DNA from: Vermamoeba vermiformis
Taxonomy: Eukaryota
Assembly (NCBI GenBank): GCA_045837725.1
Contig: JBEWZL010000056.1
Coordinates: 186,001-250,000, forward strand
Direction of reading: 5' to 3'
Length of the DNA stretch: 64,000 nucleotides
A program made the position numbers and the translations under genes. Below the pieces are notes generated by a model, which was not told the origin of the DNA, did no database searches, and saw only the letters and a program-made list of their open reading frames with translations. Shown piece after piece: positions 11,624 through 28,624 of the stretch; positions within the stretch are counted from its first letter, which is position 1; every line of letters begins with the position of its first letter.

Positions 11624-14600
11624 ATGGAGAAGAACTCAAGAGAGATTGACGATGTGCAAACGTTTCAAGAAAGTTTTGGTATGGATTGGTTATTCTGATC
11701 ATCTGACATTAGCGGCAAATACGCGACGAAGAGGCTCAAATCTGATCGAAATTTATTTGCAAATTGATTCCTTTTTGCCTAATCCAGATTTAACCACTTT
11801 CTTAATATTCTAAATAATATTTTTTAATTTTTAAAAATATTGTACAGCCCTTCTGCGCCTGTGGTGTAAGAAACGAAAATATGATGACGCCCTGAATCTG
11901 CTCAACGATATGCTGCGTTTTGATCCCAAAAATCACATGCTATTGGATCGTAAAGGCATTATTCTAGTCAAGCAAGGTAACCATCGTACTAAATTGCATA
12001 TTAAATTCAATTTCGAACTCAATCGAACCCAGCAATAAATTTCTTTCGGAGTGAACGCCGATTCGATATAATGCGTTCTAATGGAGCCCAATTGTATTTA
12101 GGCAAGTATCAACCAGCTCTTGCGTGTTTTGAGGCTGCGATCAAGCTTAATCCGCAGCATCTCGACGCTTGGAACAATAAGGCTGTAGCGTTGGCAGAAT
12201 CGGGAAATTCCCGCGAAGCGTTGGTAGTAATTGACCAAGCATTAACTATGGCGATACCCAACCCCTCAGTAGAGGTCAAGCACCGCATGGCTAAGATCTA
12301 CATGAACAAAGGCAACATTTTATTTACTCAAGGACGCGTAGAAGAGGCAATAACGTGTTACAATAACGCCATCGAGCTTCATAAGGACTATGCATCTGCT
12401 TGGACCAGCAAGGGCTTCGCGTTGGATAATATGGGTAAGTAGTAGATTTGCTGGTTTTTCAGCGAACGGAAATTTGGATTGATTATTACAAAAATTTAAT
12501 CAAAATTTTTTTTTCGATGAATATCTTCGTTCATTGTCGGTTAATGATATCTTCCTCGAGGAATTCAACAATTCTAATTCAAATTTGTACAGGCCAGTAT
12601 GAAGAGGCTATAAAGTGCTTTCATTCCGCGCTTATGATAAACAAAGACCTAGCAAAGATGCACACAAACAAGGGGCTCGAAGCATTTAGGCAAAAGAAGT
12701 ATACTGAAGCTGTTTATCATTACGATAAGGCGTTGGATGTGGATCCAGGAGTCTCAGAAATTCTACTACATAAAGGTAAGATCGGGTAGCAACGACCAAT
12801 ATAGATAGTACTCGACTAATCAATGACCATAGGCGATGCTTTGTTAGCAAAGACGCGAGACAAAGAGGCTGTAACAGCGTACTACTTCGCGTTCAGCAGC
12901 GAGGTGAATAAGGTACTTGGAACGAACAATCCGAGCAACAGAAAGAGTGGCGTAGAGCGAAGTAACAAAACAGGTATGCTCGGATCTGTATTAGAAATTT
13001 AGACTCTTGGACCTTGGGTCGAATTCGGATTTGGCTGAAAAGTTTTTCTGGCCTGATCTACTTACGCAATGGTCATTAAAATCATTTTTATATAGGTGCT
13101 CGAGCAGAGGACCGCTTTCAGTTTGTTTCTCGGCTTGGCAAAGGCGTTGCCAAGGTGCATCTCGTAAAAGAGAAAGATGATCCGACAGGAACAATTAAAG
13201 TGCTTAAGAAGATTGAGTATAGCTATTTACCCGTTAATGTTAACAACGCCCGTCGTGAGGTAATATTTAAAGCTCAAAATAGAAATATTTTGAATTATTA
13301 GTTCATTAACGGATCCAATTCAAAGGCATTGTATGCTACCCGCTTTGAGCATCGTAATCTTGTCAAGACCTACGACTGCTGGTATGAGTTCTCCGAGGCA
13401 TCGAGCGGCAGCACTTCTCCGACTAAACGACGAACTAATGCAAAAGGATCCGGCTCACCGGCAAACGTCGCATTGCAAAAGTTTTCCGTTTATATTCTGA
13501 TGGAGTACTGCGAAAAGGGTGATCTAGGCGCTCCTAAGAAGCGAGACGAAGACGTAAGCGTGATTTTACATTTATTGTATATTTTAAACCCGTGGTGTGA
13601 ATCCAGTCGCGTGCTAATTAGGTATTTTTTTTTGGTTAGGACATTCGACTAATTTTGGAACAAGCGTTGGAGGCACTCCACTATTTACACGGAGTTCATA
13701 AAGTGGTCCACAGGGATATAAAACCAGACAATTTTTTCTTAACGAAAAATGATGTGCTAAAATTAGGTAACCAATTAATTGATTCTTGCAATTGTGATAA
13801 CTGACGTGATTTCGCAAGGTGACTATGGAAGCTCTGTTAAAATAGCACAAGCTCAAGGTTTGTGTGGTACTCCAGGTTATCAAGCACCTGAAACCCTCGA
13901 TCTGTAAGTTAGCATTGCGTTTATTTTTCATCAAGCTAAAATTAGTTGGATTACACGAACGATTGCAATACTAACTCAATATACTAGGAGGATGAAATAT
14001 GACGAGAAGGTCGATATCTTCTCGCTTGGCATTTGCTTGAGCGAACTTGCCACGGGATTGCCAATAAAGGTAATTTTAATACGCACGTCATCATGGCGTG
14101 GCCCGGAGTTAATTTATTGCTTTTGTTAGGACCTCGTTAGCGAACACTTCAGCGTGATGCTATTAGAGAATAACATATCAAACATGAGGCTCGTTGAAGC
14201 TCCTCAGATGGCGGTATGGATTTGGGATTGGTCTCCACGGTTGAGCATGATTTTAATCTTACCTTCCCTGATAGGATGTATCGCCGGCACTTAAAGATTT
14301 GATAGAGATGATGACGCGGCGAGATCCGAAACTACGACCGTCCTATATGGAAATCAAAAATCATCCGTTTTTGACCAAGAAAGGTGACTGTCAAATAATT
14401 CACAAAACGGCCGTTTTTCAAAAACGATTTAACTAATTCATTGAACGACCTGTGACGTGGAACCACGACTGACTTTCTATTTTTAGACTACTCATTGACA
14501 CTATTTGCGAAGATTTCAAAGCACTTGGGCTCGAATAGCAAAGATCTTATGGCAATCATCGAGCATATATTAATGAAACTAATCAAAACTCGTAAGATCA

Positions 14601-16665
14601 AGTTAATCTCGTTGCAAGATTGAAATTTAAGCGTCTATTAATAGCTTTATACCCGCGCAAAATTCGATCGTCAGGATTAGCCAAGGAACTGGAGTCCCGC
14701 TCATATGGAAGCAAAGAGATACAACGCATTTTAGAGGCACTTTCAATAGGTAAAGAACTTAACTTTTGTTTTCGTGTCAAATCTTTTATGACGCAAAACT
14801 AGAAATTTTTTGACGCGCGATGGTGAACAATCTTTAACTAACTTTATTTAAAGAGGAAAAATCTCGCGTGACCGTCAGAAAACCCAGATCCAAGCCTTCG
14901 ACATTGCGATTCCCTTTAGAGAAGAGCGAGTCGTTCTCGCTCATTCTATCCGTGACGCATCCGGATCCCGGCTTTGACACATTGCACAAGTTCGTGAACC
15001 GAAAGCGAGGCACGATTAATCTACAGGACCAAGCCGAGGTTCATTTCGAGTTCCCGAGCGAAGTAGTATCAAACCTGTTGCCTTATCTGTCTTTTAAGGA
15101 CATATGCAAATTGGGACGAATTTCCAAGGCACTATATATAGCAAGGTATGCATATTTATAGTTGAAACAAAATGACCAAATCCAACTTGAAACTTGGCTT
15201 AAAATTTAAGGGAAATAATTAGGCGAGGTTGTCGGAGATTTTCCCAAAATTGGATTTTCCCGCACTACGTTGTGCCGAAATCTGCATGATAGCGACTTTA
15301 CTAATTACACATCATGATTAGCGTTGACGAAATCGTTTGGGAGAATTTGTTCTACAATGATTTTGTTGAAACAGCAGCGGTGAAAGTTGCGCCAAAAGAA
15401 TTAGACGAAATAATCGCAAAGTTTGAGGCATGGAAGAATACCGCTAAGGACGATACTGAAAGATATTGGAAAGATGCTTACAAGAGGTACGCAACTTTTG
15501 AATTAATTGTGCCAAGTTGACAAAATGCAATGACAAACAAGCAAGTGGCGTGTACCTTGGCGTTACTTGTTGTTGGCACCGCCAATCTTTTTTAAGTTAG
15601 TTTTTAACTCTTTTTAGGGAGTTTCTAAAACGAGCCAAGTCCCTCGTTGTAGCTACAAACACCAACGACAGGGTCATCAAGACGGGCATCAGTTTCTTGT
15701 TACAGCGACAAGAATCATTTCGGTGGAACCAATTTCAGACCAAATTCATTTTGCTTGGCTCGACGAGCGTGGGAAAAACGACTTTAGTTAAGGCGTTCAC
15801 GGGAGATACTCGGCGAGGTACCGCTCACTATAAAACTTAATGTGAATTTTTCGGCACAAAGTTTTTCCAAAGCTTTGTCACAAAAAACGAATTGACATTT
15901 TTGACACGAACGGCCTTTGTTATCGGATAATTCGAAATCTAATACAATCATTTTACTTTTAGATAATTTTTCACAAGCTACGCACTTTTACGGCAAGGAA
16001 ATCAAAGTGACGAGCGGATCTGGCGAAGAAATTCAACTTGGAGTGCGTATTATCGACTTAATTGGCTCGCGTAGATATGATTTTATGAGGTATAATAACA
16101 TTACAGCATAGTAGTAGTAGTCTAACAACTTTTGCTTTTTCACCAGGCGGGATCTGATCAGCCAGTCGCAAGGCTTCGTGCTCATGTTTGATATTACAAA
16201 TAAGAGCAGCTTTGATGAGATCATAGACATGGTCGGAGAAATTCAGAAGATCAAAGAAGCAGGGCCGCAGTACCATTGCGTGCTCGTCGGGTAAGTTCAA
16301 CCCGAAATTTTAACAGAAATATTCGCGTCTAAAAGTAGCCATATACAATAGAAATTCATAAATAGGCAAAGAATTGATACTGATGCTGATCTTATTTAGA
16401 GCGAAGGCGGATCTGGCTCGCGAACGTGAAGTGAGTTACGAGGAGGGATTAGGACTGGCTAAAACTCTGTTCTATCCGTACATCGAGATCAGGTATGCAA
16501 GCATATTATATATTGAGCATAGTATCATAATCTAATTGAGTTTTCAGTGCTAAAGAAGGTCGCGGAGTGGAAGATCCGTTTTTGATTTTGACGCGCAATG
16601 TTTTGCAGTTGAATGACGAGCCGAATTCAAAGAGCTCGCAACGCAAAGGATGTTCAATAATGTAA
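11624..16665 (+). CDS. TPR + Ser/Thr kinase + F-box + Ras-like GTPase (CaaX) multidomain protein; alternatively two adjacent genes split near 14436/14549
   Basis: TPRs at 11850-12900. Kinase: LGKGVAKV, VLKK, MEYCEKGDL, HRDIKPDN, DYG, GTPGYQAPE, DIFSLG, DPKLRPS. F-box: FPSEVVSNLLPYLSFKDICKLGRISK. GTPase: GSTSVGKT, FVLMFDIT, AKAD, SAK, C-terminal CSIM*. All splice phases are compatible. Confidence 0.75.
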
Positions 16666-17308
16666 ATACGTTAATTATTTATTTAAGCTACATATCGTTG
16701 CAGTTCGTGTCGCGCGATTCAAGACTTCGTTCAAATCTTTTTAAAAAGGCTTGGATTTTTCATTCGTACCAAACAAATGACTTAACAAATGCTTCTCGTA
16801 GTATTTTAATGGCTCAACATTATTGCTTGATTCAAAGTTGGAGATTTCCGGAGCGAGAAAGTTTTTTGCATTTTTCAAGAACCTACTCCCCGCATAATCT
16901 GGTATTCTTTACATTGCCTTGTGGCTTGGATCATATTCAAAATAGCTGATCTAGAATAGACATGCTGCAAAGATCTTCAAAAGCTGCTGTCAAACTGCGA
17001 CAAGATCTAATGATCACTTTGGCGACGTTTTGAAACTAACAAACCGACGTTTGGCGGTCTGACTTTGCGACTACATTGCAGTTTGACCAAGTACAAGATG
17101 AATGTTCTAGAATGAACTGTCAAATGAGAACTAAAAGGTCGTAAGATGAAACTGCACCTAAATTTTATTTGACTAAACTAAAAAGAAAAGGAAAAATCAA
17201 CAAGAAATATTCGTATTAGGCTCTCAATTCACAGCAAAATGAACATATGAGCCAATTACGAATTATTCTTGTTGCTTCGCGTAACGGATCTTTCAGAGAA
17301 ATGCTCTA

Positions 17309-18249
17309 TTAGGCGACGTTGCACTCGCAGTGGTCCCAGAAATCCAAAATAGTGTTCTTGTAGATGAAGCCAGGAATGTTAGCAGGCACGTAGAAGTTGA
17401 GGATACCCCACTCAAAAGTGAACTCGATCCAGAAACCCTTGGATTGGACGTAGTTGTAGCCACCAGCTTCGAGGTGTTCGTGCGTGCAATAGCCAATGGG
17501 GAGGCGCTCGATGGATTTGGAGCTCCAGATGTCATCGGCGGGTGAGTCAGACCAGAAGTCAGCGTAGCTGATCGAGATGTTGAAGCGGTTGCCATTTTGA
17601 GTGCGACCTATGAATATTAGAATTGGTTAATTATCATAATTGAAATATCGTTTCCTATTATAAGTGTAATATGACATAATGAAACTGGGTTGGTTGTTGA
17701 ATGGATCGAGATCCGAATTTGAAGCGAGCAAGAAAAGAAGCAAACAAGTTGATATATTGACTATAGCAAAGAATACTTACCGCACATGTCAATGTCGTAC
17801 AAAGTGACCCACTTGAAGTCAGGAACAGTGCGCAGACCGAAAGGAGAGAAAGTTCCGAAAGCGTGGAACTCAGTGGACCATTGTTGTTGAGTGTTGGTGA
17901 TGCGACCGTCGCAGAACACGGCAATTTGCAAGTCACCATTGCCTAAGTACGAATAATACGTCAGAACATTCAATTCTCGGAATTAGTACGAGGAAATTTC
18001 TAGTTACGTACTGCCAATGAAAGAGAACAATTGAATGTTGTGTTCAGTGAATTGGAGCAAGAATTCGGGGTGTTGGTTAGCAGACACGTTGAAGGGCCAG
18101 TATCCGTAATAGAACGAAGGGAACGAGAAGTACTCAAAGTTGAGTGCCTCGTCGCGTCTGTTTCCATCATTGATCACTGAAGGGCAGAGATTCGCACTGC
18201 TGATGGCTACAAGTGCGAATACTAATAAGGCTATGATACTAGTTTTCAT
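17309..18249 (-). CDS. Secreted protein of unknown function (3 exons); paralog of the gene at 18789-19835
   Basis: Signal peptide MKTSIIALLVFALVAISSA, strongly biased codons, ends FWDHCECNVA*. Confidence 0.85.
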
Positions 18250-18683
18250 TTGCGAGTGAAGAGAAGTTGTTGTCGAGTGTTCGATGAAGATGAAAAATGT
18301 TCAGTCTTCAATGCCTTCTTATAGTTTTTCCAGGGCCAAATATAGCACCACGACTAAGAGCTATCACGATGAAATGCGGCAATGATGAAGCACTGTCAAA
18401 CCAGGCAGATATTTTGATCAGAAAATTCGCAGTTTTGTCGATCGGGATCTTCTTTCCAAAACTTGGCTCAGAAACCTGAAAAAATGGTCAATATCGGTAG
18501 AGTATAATTAGGTAAGTGATAATATCGAGTTAGTTTTGTTACAGATGCGTGTTACTAATTTGTACAAATTAGTTAAAATTACCCAATAATTACAACCAAA
18601 ATTCGAATTACCATGGAAATGAACAGCAATGCGTTCACATTTGACCAACTATTGACTAGAATTTTTAGATAAATTTTACCGTT

Positions 18684-18692
18684 TGATTGGCC
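18684..18692. promoter_or_regulatory. CCAAT box (reverse orientation, tgattggcc)
   Basis: About 100 bp upstream of ATG 18789. The same 9-mer lies upstream of ATG 25839. Confidence 0.45.
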
Positions 18693-18788
18693 TGCCAGTT
18701 CCGAACCAAGCTTTAAAAGCAGATTCGTTTCATTCGATTCAATTCATCTCAACCAAACAACAACAACAAGCTCTTCTTCATCAACATA

Positions 18789-19835
18789 ATGAAGCGAATC
18801 GCTCAAGTATTGCTCGTCGCACTTGTGGTCGTGTGCTGCAGTGCGAACAACACGGATGTGTGTTTGAATCCGTCCAACCCATCGTTCAACAACATTATTG
18901 GCTTCAAACAGATCGATGTCACCACGACTTACCTCGAATTGCCGTGCGGTCGTGACTTCAACATCTCTTGCGGTCAAAACTGCTGGGTGTTTGAGTGGGA
19001 CGAGATGGACATCTTCCAACGCACTTCAAGTACGTCATAATCAGCGGTCCTTATAACAATCGTATCTAATACTAGTTACTATTTACAGCTTTGTTCGACG
19101 ACCACTTCTTCGCTAAATTGACTGGTGTGTTGTACGACACTTGCCACAACAAGCGCTACGAACTCGAAGTCTATGAACGCTGCAGCCAAGCCTTGGTCAA
19201 TGTGCGCTCCAATCAAATCGAGTCTGTTTCTATTAGTGCTTTGGATCTTCGCGGTAAGTCCGTTGTTCGTTGCATCGATCGATAGAAATATTTGACACTT
19301 TTGACACTTGATGACACCTGTCATGCCATACAAATTCCACGCTGTTAAACGATACAAATTTCACGATTTCAAACGACTTTCGTTTCGCTATTTATTCTCT
19401 AAGATCGTATTGCTAACAAGATCGATATCGATAGGCAACTTGCGATGCGACGGCCAAAACTTCGGTGTTCAAGTGCAAACTTACGCCACTGAGCTCTTCT
19501 CTGAATGCAAGCCCATTGAGTACGAACAAGACGACGAGTACTTCACCGACAACAACTCTCAATGCACTCTGCGCCTCCGTGCTGACTCTGCCCGCAACAT
19601 TGTGTACTCACAACCCTTCGGCTTCAAGATCACTTTGTGGGACAACCTTCAATTGAACTTTGTGTTCCCCTCTCACAAGAAGGCTGAAGTGGAGTTCTGC
19701 TTCGACAAGTTCTTCTACCAAAACTGCAACTGCCGTCAAATCGTTGGCTGCGGTGGTGATGTTGATAATCAGACTCGTGCTGCCACCACTCTTCGCAAGG
19801 ATGCTCCTGTCATGCCCACCAACACCGTCGTTTAA
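18789..19835 (+). CDS. Secreted Cys-containing protein of unknown function (3 exons)
   Basis: Signal peptide MKRIAQVLLVALVVVCCSA, two GT-AG introns, C-terminal region FFYQNCNC. Confidence 0.85.
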
Positions 19836-20176
19836 ATTTTGCAAGGCATGGTAGTTACTGTATTGCACGCAATTTGCACGTGGCAATAACTTTTCAGTTT
19901 AGTTTAGATTACGTTAGTAATAAATTTTTAACCATCGTTATTTGTTACGAGCGATTTCTTCCATTTTGATTTGAGCAAGCAGAAATTCTCAATTCGGAAG
20001 TCTTCTTAAGTTTATCGGTTCCTGAAAAGTTGGACGAATGTTCCCACCTGTGTACGCGAAATGTAGCAGAACGAAATCAGCCAAAGCCAAAAGATAAATT
20101 GGCGATATTCTATTTGATTATTAACCAAATTTTATATTTGAAGCAACAAGCAACCAGTCGACTGTAGAATGACTTC

Positions 20177-25012
<4,836 letters not shown>

Positions 25013-25758
25013 TAAACGCCATTGACAACTAAAACACATTACTATTGAAAGTGGACGTATTATTAAAATTCATATCGTTACTAGTTATTTTTGTCTCATG
25101 AGCGAATGCTAGTCAATAATAGCGACATCATGGGCATCGATTTATCACTTCTATAATGACCATAATACGTCTACTGACCTAGAATCTTGGATAAGATAAC
25201 GAGCAAGAAACTGGATCGTGCCAAGAAATCACAGTTTTGTTTCCAGTTCAAGTGCGAAACCCAACTGACGACTACAGTTGCTAGATAGACCCTAAATATT
25301 ATAGTGAATGATCAGTATTCTATCTTGCAGGTTATTGAGGAAACGAGAGGATGGAACAGTCCATCCATAATTCTAGAAACGTAAATGCCGTAAATACGAT
25401 TCACTAAAATTAATGGCCATAATTTTTACTAATTTTAGCAGTATTTACCTGAACATTATAGCTAGTTCACTCAGATTTGCTTTCTGATTGCGTTGCCAAC
25501 AGCTCATTAAGCAAGGCAAAAAGCCATTCGAATCGTGGTCACTACTTGCTAATATTAAGGCAAGGTAAGTAGCAGAAAATATAACGAATGATTGCTATTA
25601 TCGCTCAAAGTAAAGCAGAAATGTTGATCTGGCCACCAGCTTGCCCGTTCGAAATAATCCCGCGGTACCACGGCATAGATATATGGCCTGTGCGCCTTGA
25701 GCTTCAAAAAACAACGTAGATCACGCACGAACAATTTTGAATTTAAAATGGCGCGCTG

Positions 25759-25767
25759 TGATTGGCC
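25759..25767. promoter_or_regulatory. CCAAT box (tgattggcc)
   Basis: About 75 bp upstream of ATG 25839. Confidence 0.45.
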
Positions 25768-25838
25768 GAAAGTTCTTATCGTCTCCAATAAGTTTATTGT
25801 TCGTTTGTTTGTTGAACTAACTGTAACGTATCAACAAT

Positions 25839-27491
25839 ATGAAGGCGATCATTCTATTGGTATTGGTAGCCGCTGCGCTAGTAAGTTCAAGTCAATTTTT
25901 TTCGTACCAAATCCAGATCTTTGTACCACAACACCAAAACAATCAAATCAAGGATTATAATATTCCACCGATCATATTTAGCATATTTACACTTTTTTCA
26001 GCACATTTTGGCTTTGTCTGCATGATTTTTTTTGCCGGCACTTAATCCACAGAAAAAAGAAAGAAAACGTTTATTTTGCTAACGGCTTTTGATTAGGTTT
26101 ACGCGCAACAAGGCTCTATTGTCGGAGTTTCATGGAACTGGCGTGGAGTTAGAGAGCAGACGTTTGGATCACTGGTCTCGTGCGATCCTAAGTACCCGAA
26201 CAGCACTATTCTTCGCTCTGATTCTCTTATTTGGATGGCCACCGCGTAATTTCCGCATAATTACTCCATTTTAATCATTGCATGCTAAATCTTTACTAGA
26301 TCTGAGTTCGATGGCCTTTCGGTTCTGGATTCGGACAATAACGTTATTTACTGGTCCACTGGTTTCATTCCTATAATCTTCCGAATCGACATCAAGACTG
26401 GTGCGTCATTGGCTCCCATCGTTTCCCCTTTGGAACGCCTTAACGAGTAATTCAGTTAAATTTTTTAATTATTTTTTCATACTTTCCATTCAGGCTTAAA
26501 TACGATTCTGCTAGAAAGCGCTTGTTAAGTAAGTTTGGTATATAGTCTAGGAATTTAAACTAATTTAAACGCAGTTACGGGAGTTTACAAAAACGTTCGT
26601 TACATGCTCGGGTACCCAATCCACAACGACGACGATTCAACTCCTTGGGGCATTGGTACGATGAAAATGCGCCATACATATTCTTACATTATTAACAGTA
26701 AATAATCAAATCACGCCGGACTCTAGCAATCAATATTTCCGCGGCGGATCTGTCGATCCAAACGGTCAAATGTACTATTGGATTGTTCAGACTTACTACA
26801 ACGCTACATTCTCTGCCATGTCGTTCAACTCCGTAAGTCTCAAAAAATAAGAACACAATACTTGGAAAAAAATTCCGGATCAAAGTGCACATCTGGTCTT
26901 TAGCGTGTTCGTTTGTTTGAATTTTACCATAATAATTAACGACTATAATCTCCATAAGGTCTCGATCAAACAACCGAAGCTCGGCGTTACTACTATGCCT
27001 CTTCAGTGCTCGTACTCACAAGGCTTGCCTAAAGCTCAATTTTACGACAGCAGCCGTAATGTTGTCATCTTGATCAGCTTTAACCCATTTAGTAAGAGTA
27101 ATCACACTCATATATATTCGTACCGTCTTAACTTTGAAAAAATTAATTGATCGGTCATTGAGTTTTTGGATGTGGTCGAACCAAATCGATCTTTTATTTT
27201 TTTAAGCATCGGATCGCACACTAATCAATTATTATTATTATAGCGTACCAACACTACTTCCAATTGGTCTCTCCTAACGGCAACTGCCCCATGTCGGTGT
27301 TAATGCCCGAGATCAGATCGGAAGTCTACTCAATGGCCTACGATTACATTAATCAAAAGATCTACGCCATAACTCCGACTCCTGGTCAATATACTATTGA
27401 TGCTATGACTGGCACAGTGACTGAAACGATCCACGTCACTAACGACCTTTACAGATTCATGCTCAATGCAGAATTCGTTTACAATCTTTAA
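25839..27491 (+). CDS. Secreted protein, possibly a beta-propeller; multi-exon
   Basis: Signal peptide MKAIILLVLVAAALVYA. Repeated blade-like motifs: VLDSDNNVIYW, LKYDSARKRLL, SVDPNGQMYYW, QFYDSSRNVVI, MAYDYINQKIY. Confidence 0.7.
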
Positions 27492-27874
27492 CGAACCTTT
27501 GAATCAGTAATAAAATGTTTGTTATACTTTCGAAAATCGTTGTTTTATTCAGGTTAACGATTGACACTTTGACACGTGAAAAAATTGGCGGCACCTGTCA
27601 AGTTGTAATTTTCACTCTCAAATAAACGTCGTTTCAATTCACTTCAGTTGATTATAGTCCCTAGGTATTAGTTCGCATTATTAACTTGTTCGATATGAAT
27701 AGGTAACTTGCACTGCGGCAGCCGAAACTACAACGTGCGCATGACCTTATTACTAACGTAATCTGAAAAGCTTTAAGAAGGTGTCCATTGTTGATGGCGT
27801 TTATGATTGATTAGAGTATGTAACGAAAAAAGCTCTTCGTACGATTTGAGGCGTTTATTTTACCCATTGACAGC

Positions 27875-28261
27875 TTAATAGCCAATTACAGTGTGGATCT
27901 CGACAAGATATCCGTTGTTATCTCTTACATATGCGACTAACTCGCCCCAAGGCTTCTTCTCGACGTCTTTAACCAACGTAGCGCCATGAGATAGCGCTCT
28001 AGCAAGATCTTTCGCCACATCCGGCGACACAAAGCAAATCTCTGATTTTTGGACGTGATCGGCATCTTTTTTCTGAAATCCGACGCCATTTTGTTCAGCA
28101 AAATCATATGATACAAATGCAAGTGTCGTGGCACCTGTCTTCAGCTCGCCATATTCCTTTCCTTCGTGGAGAAACTTTGTTTCAAATCCAAAAGCTTCGT
28201 TGTAGAATTTGAGAGTCTCGGGCACGTTCTTTACGTAAATAATAGTATGTCCGAACTGCAT
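27875..28261 (-). CDS. VOC/glyoxalase (bleomycin-resistance family) protein; intronless
   Basis: HTIIYVKNV..FYNEAFG and KPWGELVAYVRDNNGYLVEI. Confidence 0.92.
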   Translation of the reverse strand: MQFGHTIIYVKNVPETLKFYNEAFGFETKFLHEGKEYGELKTGATTLAFVSYDFAEQNGVGFQKKDADHVQKSEICFVSPDVAKDLARALSHGATLVKDVEKKPWGELVAYVRDNNGYLVEIHTVIGY

Positions 28262-28376
28262 TATATTAGATCTGTGGTATTCTATGAGTTAATCTTGTAA
28301 TAAATTAAAAATCATGACATGATCTGGCTTTTTATCTTTTTTGTCGTCAAGAATTTCCGGGAAGTGTATCTGCGAG

Positions 28377-28388
28377 ATTGACCAATCA
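28377..28388. promoter_or_regulatory. CCAAT box (attgaccaatca)
   Basis: About 120 bp upstream of the VOC ATG. An identical 12-mer at 42219-42230 lies about 125 bp upstream of ATG 42353. Confidence 0.5.
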
Positions 28389-28624
28389 TAAACAGCCATT
28401 CTACCAAAAAAAATTGCGACAACTTTTCGCCGTTTGTCCCTCTTCCGTCGGCCGTTAATCGTAACAACTAATTTTCCTTTCTTTTGAAGCTTGAAAATGA
28501 GAAATAACTGTTCTAATATGTGTTGTTAACATTTATAATAAAATACAAGTTACCTCCGAACCTCCTAAGCGTCGAATAGAGGTACATCCGTTTCGACAAA
28601 TCCAGATTTGGACGTTCTCGATGC

